From an uncultured bacterium (GTDB taxonomy: Bacteria; Cyanobacteriota; Vampirovibrionia; Gastranaerophilales; Gastranaerophilaceae), in contig CACWLL010000005.1 of assembly GCA_902761735.1 (NCBI GenBank), positions 35,639 through 99,638 on the forward strand: a stretch of DNA of 64,000 nt, written 5' to 3'. Within the stretch, counting starts at the first letter, position 1, and each line of letters opens with the position of its first letter. Positions 56,751 to 64,000 of this stretch are shown one piece after another. The notes under the pieces are model-generated. The model ran no database searches. It was not told the origin of the DNA and saw only the letters and a program-made list of their open reading frames with translations. A program made the translations under genes and the position numbers.

Positions 56751-56756
56751 AACTCC

Positions 56757-57446
56757 TTACTTATTTCTACATACAAAACGTTTTGTAATCAACTGTGGTC
56801 TTGTTATCGCAGACCCGATAACGACACAATGAGCTCCCAATTCAAACGCTTTATCTACTTGCCATGGCTCCCATATACGACCTTCAAGAACAACCGGCAA
56901 ATGAGCCTCCTTGACCAAATTTTCCAATAAATCAAAATCCGGCTCGGCTTGAGAAACGCCTTGAGATTCCTTTGTATATCCCGATAAAGTCGTAGATAGT
57001 ATATTTGCCCCCAAATCAGCAGCATTCAAACCCTCTTCTAAAGTCGAAACATCAGCCATGGATATACGTTTATTTATTTTTACATACTTGATAATTTCTT
57101 TTAATGTACAACCGCCTTCTCTTGGGCGCATAGTACCGTCAAAAGCAATTACATCAGCTCCTGCATCAACAAGGGAAATAACCTCTTTAAGTGTAGGGGT
57201 TATATATACAATTTCTTGCCAATTTTTAGGTATAACATCAGGTTTCGTCAAACCTATTACGGGAACATCAAAAAAAGCCTTAGCATTTTTAACATCTCTT
57301 GAACCCGCAACACGCAATCCGCCGGCACCACCTTTAACAACGGATTTCATCATCGCTATCATACACTGTTCCGCGTATAAAGGTTCACTCGGCATAGCTT
57401 GCACAGAAACCACTATTTTATTTTTTAAACGATTAATAATTTCCAT
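56757..57446 (-). CDS. nanE: N-acetylmannosamine-6-phosphate 2-epimerase
   Basis: IVSVQA, ADVSTLEE, TTLSGYT and VVIGSAITRPQLIT blocks. Confidence 0.9.
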   Translation of the reverse strand: MEIINRLKNKIVVSVQAMPSEPLYAEQCMIAMMKSVVKGGAGGLRVAGSRDVKNAKAFFDVPVIGLTKPDVIPKNWQEIVYITPTLKEVISLVDAGADVIAFDGTMRPREGGCTLKEIIKYVKINKRISMADVSTLEEGLNAADLGANILSTTLSGYTKESQGVSQAEPDFDLLENLVKEAHLPVVLEGRIWEPWQVDKAFELGAHCVVIGSAITRPQLITKRFVCRNK

Positions 57447-57527
57447 ACCAAAATTATATTATAAAAAATTTATGTAACGCAAAACCTCAAACAAATGTTA
57501 AGTATTATAATAAAATCTCCCAAAAAC

Positions 57528-60500
57528 CTAATCAACCGAGAAGATATCTCTGATATCGTCCATCGTAAGAGATTTTACAATATTTCTGTCAACGGAAATT
57601 ACGCTATCTACAAGATCACGTTTAACTGTTTTAAGACGCTGAATTTTTTCTTCAACAGTATTTTTTGTAATAAGTCTGTAAACAAATACTTTCTTTGTTT
57701 GTCCGATACGATACGCACGGTCAGTAGCCTGATCTTCAACCGCAGGATTCCACCATGGGTCATAATGTATAACATAATCCGCTCCGGTTAAGTTCAAACC
57801 TGTACCTCCGGCTTTTAAGCTTATCAAGAATATAGGAATCTTGCTATTATTAAATCTTTCAACTGCAGCTTGACGGTCTTTGGTTTTGCCGGTTAAGTAT
57901 TCATAATCAATACCCTCACGTTCAAGCCACGCTTTTATTATATCAAGCATATTAACGAATTGACTGAACAGCAGTATTCTATGACCTTCTGAAATAATTT
58001 CTTCAAGTAAAACCTTAAGTTTTTCAAATTTACCTGAAGATGAAATATGTTTAACATTTTCTCTATCGTACAATCTCGGATGACAACATATTTGACGTAA
58101 CCTGAGAAGTGCTGAGAATATAGATAATCTGCTTTTTTCAAGACCGTTCTGTTCAATACTCTTGAATAATTCTTCTTTAGTGCTGTCAAGAACTTGTAAA
58201 TAGAAATCTCTTTGCTCATCAGTCAATTCACAATATGCAATATTTTCAACCTTATCAGGCAAATCTTTTGCAACATCACGCTTCATACGACGCAAGATAA
58301 ATGGAAATATTTGAAGTTTAAGTCTTTTTTCAACCGTTTTGTCTTGTCTTTCCATAATCGGATTAACATACCGAGAATTGAATTCGGCAGCAGACAATAA
58401 AAATCCCGGCATTAAAAAGTCAAATACTGACCACAACTCTTCCAATTTATTTTCTATCGGTGTACCTGACAGTGCAAGTTTATGCATTCCCTGGAGTTTC
58501 TTGACAGCCTGAGCTGTTTGGGACATTGCATTTTTAATATTTTGAGATTCATCAAGAATTATATATCTGAAATTTATGTCTTTTAATTTATCTATATCAC
58601 GTCTTATAAGGGCATAACTTGTAATAACGACATCATATTCGGGAATTTTCTTGAATAAACTTTTTCTTTCCGTACCGGACAGCTTTAAACAACTTAATTC
58701 AGGTGCAAATTTTTGAATTTCACATTCCCAGTTAAAAACAACCGTAGTAGGACAAACTACAAGTGTCGGCATTGAACCGTCAATATCACGAGCTTTTTGT
58801 AATACCGTCAAAGCTTGTAATGTTTTACCAAGCCCCATATCATCCGCCAAAATCCCGTTAAGTCCGTATTTATACATGAACCACAACCAACCATAACCTT
58901 TAAGCTGATATTCACGGAACGTTGCAATTGAAGATTTTGGTAATTCCAAACCGACATCCGGTGAAAATGTTGACATCTGCTCCCAGAATGTCTTAAATTC
59001 ATCACTCAAAACAAGTTCTACATTCAAATTTTTGAGTTCGGAAAGCAAACCCGCACGATATGTTTTTACTATAAACTTATTCTCATCATTTCTGTAAACA
59101 TCAAAAGAGTTGAAAGCTCGCATCATTGAATATATATCTTGCGCAGGAAATTCAACAAACCCTAGACTTCTTATACGGGCATATTTCTCACCGCTTTGAA
59201 TTGTTTCATATATCTCATCAAAATCTATAATTTCTTCACCGGCTTGCCCATACAGCTGTATTTCAAAACTATCGTGAGATTCTTCGGAGAAATCTATTTT
59301 GGCACAAAGTTTAAATGGATTTTCCATGAGTTTAAAGAAATTCATATCATCTTTTTCAACAAACTTCCAACCCTCACCGGCCTGCTTAATATAGTAATTA
59401 TAAAAATCAATTGCGTTTTCTTTTTCTAAAGCAAGATTATTCGTCTGCATAGGTACAAACTTACAAGCAAGTAACATCGCATAAGCTTCTTGTTCGTGCT
59501 TATAATTACGTTTTATCCAATAAATAAAATCTTCACCCGGCTTTTTAACTGTAATATACGGAGATTTGTCTGCCTGTTTTGTAAACGGAACTTTTACTCC
59601 ATCATATTCAAACTCCAGCTCCGCTTTTAAGGATTGGTCGTAATCAATGCCAAGTGTTACAATATTTAACGGCGGACGTTCTTCCAACATAAGCTTTGAA
59701 ATATTTTCATCTATATTAACTTCCATAACTTCACGCAATTTTGGAAGCTCTTCATAAATAAATTTACCGCCATCAGAATCTTTTAAATCAGTAAACGAAG
59801 ATTTCAAAAGATTTTGAGGAACAGATTGCATAGCAATATTCGTTGGAAATATTATATTTTTATATCTGCCCCACTTTAAGTGGCGTGAGAAGTACCTGAC
59901 TTCTTCAAACGGATAAACATCATCCTTGTCAGGGCGTTTCCATTCCAAAGAAAGCATTATTGTCCCACCCTGTGAAGCATTAACATTTAATACAAGCTGC
60001 CATTCGTCATCCACAAATTTCAACCGCTCTTTTGTTTTTTCATCCAACACTTCATCTGCCATTCTCAATAAAGGAAACATTGGTGCAAATTTCGTAATCG
60101 GAATATCGTACCATCCTGCTTTTTTATCCTGTCTTGATATGGTTAATAACTGTTTAAAAATTTCTAATTCTACTTTTTGAGAATTGTTCAGGACAAAAGT
60201 TTTATCTTTTTTCTGAGTTTCAATTAGCGCTCTTAAAATATTCTCAATTTGTCTGACAATCTTACCCGTTTCTCTTGAACGTACCAAAACCGAGAAGAAA
60301 TTCGCCTTTCTTTTCGGATTAAAATGAAAAATGTAACTTCCTTGAGGTTCTTCGGTTAAAACGGTATTTTCATCCGGAAAATTCGGTTCGATACCAAATT
60401 TTGTTTCTAACCAATCCTCATAAGCATGCTCATTAATAGCTTTTAAACCGATGGCAACTGCATGTTTACACCATTCTTCTTTCAATGGACAATTGCAACG

Positions 60501-60704
60501 GGCTTCAACCTTATTTTTCTTAAAAATAAGGTCCGTATTGTAATGGTCTTGAAAATTTCCTTTTACCTTACCCATATAAAAGTTTTTTTCGGGATATGTA
60601 TCGAAAGTCATATCCTTTACGTATAGCTCATAACCTCTGCGCCAACTCCCGGCAGAGGCATTGTCTTTTATATATTTGTAATTAAATTCTTCCGCAGCCA
60701 TCAA
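57528..60704 (-). CDS. SNF2-family helicase/translocase with N-terminal SWIM zinc finger
   Basis: SWIM CxCx(n)CxH as CNCPLKEEWCKH. Helicase motifs DDMGLGKT, DESQNIKN, SGTPIEN. C-terminal HELICc (GGTGLNLTGADYVIHYDPWWNP). Confidence 0.92.
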   Translation of the reverse strand: MMAAEEFNYKYIKDNASAGSWRRGYELYVKDMTFDTYPEKNFYMGKVKGNFQDHYNTDLIFKKNKVEARCNCPLKEEWCKHAVAIGLKAINEHAYEDWLETKFGIEPNFPDENTVLTEEPQGSYIFHFNPKRKANFFSVLVRSRETGKIVRQIENILRALIETQKKDKTFVLNNSQKVELEIFKQLLTISRQDKKAGWYDIPITKFAPMFPLLRMADEVLDEKTKERLKFVDDEWQLVLNVNASQGGTIMLSLEWKRPDKDDVYPFEEVRYFSRHLKWGRYKNIIFPTNIAMQSVPQNLLKSSFTDLKDSDGGKFIYEELPKLREVMEVNIDENISKLMLEERPPLNIVTLGIDYDQSLKAELEFEYDGVKVPFTKQADKSPYITVKKPGEDFIYWIKRNYKHEQEAYAMLLACKFVPMQTNNLALEKENAIDFYNYYIKQAGEGWKFVEKDDMNFFKLMENPFKLCAKIDFSEESHDSFEIQLYGQAGEEIIDFDEIYETIQSGEKYARIRSLGFVEFPAQDIYSMMRAFNSFDVYRNDENKFIVKTYRAGLLSELKNLNVELVLSDEFKTFWEQMSTFSPDVGLELPKSSIATFREYQLKGYGWLWFMYKYGLNGILADDMGLGKTLQALTVLQKARDIDGSMPTLVVCPTTVVFNWECEIQKFAPELSCLKLSGTERKSLFKKIPEYDVVITSYALIRRDIDKLKDINFRYIILDESQNIKNAMSQTAQAVKKLQGMHKLALSGTPIENKLEELWSVFDFLMPGFLLSAAEFNSRYVNPIMERQDKTVEKRLKLQIFPFILRRMKRDVAKDLPDKVENIAYCELTDEQRDFYLQVLDSTKEELFKSIEQNGLEKSRLSIFSALLRLRQICCHPRLYDRENVKHISSSGKFEKLKVLLEEIISEGHRILLFSQFVNMLDIIKAWLEREGIDYEYLTGKTKDRQAAVERFNNSKIPIFLISLKAGGTGLNLTGADYVIHYDPWWNPAVEDQATDRAYRIGQTKKVFVYRLITKNTVEEKIQRLKTVKRDLVDSVISVDRNIVKSLTMDDIRDIFSVD

Positions 60705-60899
60705 TCTCTTTTTGGATTAACACTATCTCTAACACATTCAGGGTATAAACGCCGTAAATAGATTTCAGTTATCTATAATCCCCGTTTGCACTCTTAATAT
60801 AACATGAAACTTTTGAAAATGCAATATTTTTTATTTACACACTTTTAAAATCATATACGTGAATAGCAAAAAAATATTTTTACAGACTTTTTAACAAAT

Positions 60900-62486
60900 A
60901 TGAAAATTGATATAAATACAAATATTGCCAAAAATCTGTTTTTACAAGATTTGAGCAAAGAATTGGGCGGACATACAAAAACTATTGTCAGCGATACTAT
61001 CTCAAGCATATCATATGCAATCAACTACATTTACAAAGAATTAAATCCGGAAATTATAGCGTCAAATCATAAGCTTTTAAGAAATTCCGGTATATATCAA
61101 GTAGGTAAAACTCTGCAAGACGGTATCCAATTTGCTGGGGACGATTATAATTATTTAGTAAGAATTTTGCCTAAAAACGGAATTTCATTAAAGTTTGTAA
61201 ATAAATCCAATCAGGAAACCATGTCCGGCTTCACTTTAACCGACGGAAAATTATTGTACTCTCAGGCTGTTACAAAAAACTCTTATGAAGCGGAAGATAT
61301 ATTTACAACATTATTGGAAGACGTGGAAAATAAAGTGCTCAGATTAAAAAGTGATGCCATGCCTGCAGTTCCTCGCCCTTATATTCCAACAAAAAGTGTC
61401 AGTGAAAAAATTGCTGAATTAAACAGTACACTAAAATATATAACTCCATCTGTTGCCATTAAAGATTTCGCATACATCAGAAATGAAGATTTGGACATTG
61501 CAGAAGTTATTATAGACAAATTCCAAAATATTTGTAAGCTGTATAGGGAAATTCCGAATGATGCTTCTCGTTTCAACGTAAGAAAATATTATACCAAATA
61601 TATCAACAGCACTTCGGGGGACAGGTCTATGACATTCGACGGTATAGGACCCGTTGGAGAAAGAATGAGCGTCAAATATTCTCAACACAGAAAGAGAAAT
61701 TATTTGTTGATATCTGTTGAAAACTTGATGGATAAAAATAAAAGCATTAATTTTGTAATAAACGAAAATGGTTCAGTGCAAAGGAATTTACCGTATAGAT
61801 ACACTGTTACGGGTACTGTAAAAAAGAGAGTTAACGCCATCCCTGATTATTACACTCAGGCAGAATTAGATAATTCAAATTTTTCCAAATACCTTGTATA
61901 TATGGCTCAAGAATTAGAAAAGTTTGAAACTCACACACAAGGTTGGCTTGATAAACAGGCAGATTTGAAAGAAAAATTTTCGAAAACCAATGAAGGCTCC
62001 CTCAGTTATATAATGCCGCTTATTAACAAAATTTTTGACAAAATGCAAAAATATAAATCCGACGTTCAAACAAAACTTCCACGTGCCGTTAATATCAATG
62101 ATTTCAGAAGAGTTAATCATATAAGTAATGAACTATCTACAACGGCTGTAAAATTTGTCGGGATTACGAAAGACGGAAATGATTTAAGAATAAGTTTTCC
62201 GAAAGTATTTGGTAAGCCTGCCACCCAAATATTGGTTATGAATGATAATAAAGTTAAAGATTCTTTCTACATAATTGACGAAAAGCTCCTCAAATTCACC
62301 ATAAAAAGTGTAACTGATAAGTTCACACACGCAAACAGACAAATGTATTTTCATTCTGATGAATATATAAAAAATTCAAATTTAGAAGCATATTTGAACC
62401 TGTTAGATGAAGCTTTCACTAACGTAAATAAAAATATTGATGCGCTCAGCGCAACAAGAAGAAAAAGCCCTACTCGTAAATCATAA
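60900..62486 (+). CDS. hypothetical protein, 528 aa, with apparent three-fold internal repeat
   Basis: Long ORF divergent from the SNF2 gene. No known motif. Repeated modules end in GFTLTDGKLLYS, INFVINENGSVQ and SFYIIDEKLLKF. Confidence 0.6.
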   Translation: MKIDINTNIAKNLFLQDLSKELGGHTKTIVSDTISSISYAINYIYKELNPEIIASNHKLLRNSGIYQVGKTLQDGIQFAGDDYNYLVRILPKNGISLKFVNKSNQETMSGFTLTDGKLLYSQAVTKNSYEAEDIFTTLLEDVENKVLRLKSDAMPAVPRPYIPTKSVSEKIAELNSTLKYITPSVAIKDFAYIRNEDLDIAEVIIDKFQNICKLYREIPNDASRFNVRKYYTKYINSTSGDRSMTFDGIGPVGERMSVKYSQHRKRNYLLISVENLMDKNKSINFVINENGSVQRNLPYRYTVTGTVKKRVNAIPDYYTQAELDNSNFSKYLVYMAQELEKFETHTQGWLDKQADLKEKFSKTNEGSLSYIMPLINKIFDKMQKYKSDVQTKLPRAVNINDFRRVNHISNELSTTAVKFVGITKDGNDLRISFPKVFGKPATQILVMNDNKVKDSFYIIDEKLLKFTIKSVTDKFTHANRQMYFHSDEYIKNSNLEAYLNLLDEAFTNVNKNIDALSATRRKSPTRKS

Positions 62487-62491
62487 AAATT

Positions 62492-64000
62492 TTACACTGT
62501 TTCAAACGGCTCAATTATGAAATCTATAATATACGGCTCATTTACCGAAAACGCATTTACCAAAGCTTTTCTAATATCTTTTTTACAATCAACACGCTCA
62601 GCCTTAATGCCATACGCCTGTGCTAATTTAATATAATCGGGATTTGAAATTTTTGTTTGAAAATATCTTTTACCGTATCCGCCTTGCTGAATCTGTCTAA
62701 CCATACCCAAATAGCCGTTATTCATAATAAATATTTTTACCGGAATATTATAATCAACGCAAGTAGCCAATTCTTGTTCGTTCATTTGAAACGAACCGTC
62801 ACCCGCAATACAGATAACAGGACTGTAATCCGTTGCTATGCTTGCACCAATTGCGGCCGGAAATCCGAATCCCATAGTACCGGACCCACCCGAAGTTAAA
62901 AATTTATCCTTTGTTGAAATTTTATAATTTTGAACGGTTAACATCTGATGCTGTCCAACCTCAGTTGATACGACATAATTTTTGCCTTTTGCGAAATCAT
63001 ATATTTCCTGAATAACTTCATACCCTTGAAGATTGTCCGAAATCGGTTTATTAACCCTATTTAAGGCTCTGTATTTTTGCACATTCATAAGCCAATCTTC
63101 ATGTGACGATTTATAATTTTGCATTGTAAGAATACGATTAGCTTGAATAAGAAATTCTCTTATATCACCTATTGCATACTTATAAGCAGGAATAATTCGT
63201 GAAATTTCTTTTTCATTAATATCTATCTGAATTAACTTTCTTGTTAATTCACCATTCTTAAAACAAGCAGTAATTCTGTCGTTAAATCTTGCACCTAAAG
63301 ATATGATTAAATCGGAATTTTTCACAACACAGTTTGCCGCAGCCGTTCCAAATAAACCTATCATACCAAAGAAATTATCTTCTTCTTGCGGATAACACCC
63401 AATTCCCATCATAGTTGAAACAACAGGAATATTTAAAGTTTTTGCAAATGTATAAAGTTCTTTAAAAGCTTTAGAGTGCTGCACACCACCCCCGACAACA
63501 ACCACGGGAGCTTCCGATTTTTGAACTACTTCAAGTATACCTTTTATACTATCCCCGATTAATTCGGTTTTTGGTTTGGATATTTGTACATTACCTTTAT
63601 ACATACATTTTTCATTAAAAATATTTTGGGATAAATCAACAACTACCGGACCTTTTTTACCTTCCATTGCACAATTATATGCTTTTATTAAGGTTGCCTC
63701 AATATCATTCACATCAACAACCTGAAAGCCTGCTTTGGTGCAAGATTTAGTAATATCAACAATATTAATTTCCTGAAAAGCATCCGTGCCGATTTTATAT
63801 TTTGCAACTTGTCCGGTTAAAACTAAAACAGGATAGCCATCCATATAAGCATTTGAAACTGCGGACACGATATTAGCAGCACCGGGACCTGATGTAACGA
63901 TAACAACTCCGCATTTTCCTGTTACTCTGGAAAATCCTTCCGCTGCATGCACTGCAGCTTGTTCATGTCTTACCAAATAGTGCTTTATTGCATTATCATT
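62492..64000 (-). CDS. ilvB: acetolactate synthase (AHAS) large subunit; N-terminus lies beyond the window end
   Basis: VRHEQAAVHAAEGFSRVTGKCGVVIVTSGPGAANIV. ThDP motif GSGTMGFGFPAAIGA...IAGDGSFQMN...NNGYLGMVRQ. Frame is open to the window edge. Confidence 0.9.
   Translation of the reverse strand, partial: NDNAIKHYLVRHEQAAVHAAEGFSRVTGKCGVVIVTSGPGAANIVSAVSNAYMDGYPVLVLTGQVAKYKIGTDAFQEINIVDITKSCTKAGFQVVDVNDIEATLIKAYNCAMEGKKGPVVVDLSQNIFNEKCMYKGNVQISKPKTELIGDSIKGILEVVQKSEAPVVVVGGGVQHSKAFKELYTFAKTLNIPVVSTMMGIGCYPQEEDNFFGMIGLFGTAAANCVVKNSDLIISLGARFNDRITACFKNGELTRKLIQIDINEKEISRIIPAYKYAIGDIREFLIQANRILTMQNYKSSHEDWLMNVQKYRALNRVNKPISDNLQGYEVIQEIYDFAKGKNYVVSTEVGQHQMLTVQNYKISTKDKFLTSGGSGTMGFGFPAAIGASIATDYSPVICIAGDGSFQMNEQELATCVDYNIPVKIFIMNNGYLGMVRQIQQGGYGKRYFQTKISNPDYIKLAQAYGIKAERVDCKKDIRKALVNAFSVNEPYIIDFIIEPFETV

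Noticed and set aside
1-64000. CRISPR arrays, rRNA genes, IS elements, integrases, prophage blocks
   Set aside because: I saw no regularly spaced direct repeats, no rRNA-like conserved stretches, and no transposase, integrase or recombinase motifs in any listed ORF. The only mobile-element-like gene is the NUMOD4-HNH nuclease.

Overview
The window is a 64 kb, AT-rich, gene-dense bacterial chromosomal segment, mostly transcribed on the minus strand.

**Core content**
- Translation: trpS (partial), hisS, efp, rplI, rpsA, and tRNA-Ser(GCU).
- Central metabolism: accB/accC, ilvE, ilvB (partial), folD, pgk, fba, ispH, nadK, a PHP-type histidinol phosphatase, an AICARFT-only PurH, and dCMP deaminase.
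- Cell division: ftsZ, sepF, yggS.
- A compact secretin/PilB/PilC/PilP-like pilus or secretion cluster.
- A PAS histidine kinase with a NarL-type regulator.
- nanE plus a ROK kinase.
- A SWIM-SNF2 helicase.

**Lineage**
The efp-accB-accC order, an FtsZ with an N-terminal extension plus sepF-yggS and no ftsA here, and an outer-membrane secretin fit a diderm related to non-photosynthetic Cyanobacteria (Melainabacteria-like). This is inference only.

**Most interesting locus**
A roughly 3.3 kb accessory island (about 13.2-16.5 kb) sits between two convergent core genes. It looks more AT-rich by eye and is bracketed by an exact 18-nt inverted hairpin repeat. It carries a tightly coupled WYL-regulator / small protein / NUMOD4-HNH nuclease operon. 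By direct comparison with the window's own FtsZ, the small protein looks like a stand-alone FtsZ C-terminal half: helix H7, a T7 loop with both Asp residues retained, and the C-terminal subdomain, with no GTPase domain. I read this as a candidate FtsZ-capping, division-targeting module with a defence or mobile-element flavour.

**Other leads**
- A short MetE/MtaA-like Zn methyltransferase, CooC-like CxC ATPase and FolD operon.
- An aminotransferase, Cys-nucleophile alpha/beta-hydrolase and membrane protein operon.
- An orphan CheD-like protein.
- A 1025-aa acidic giant protein.
- A probable leaderless hisS.
- Two unexplained structured intergenic elements.

No CRISPR array, rRNA, transposase or integrase was seen. 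All homology calls come from reading motifs by eye. No database search was run.
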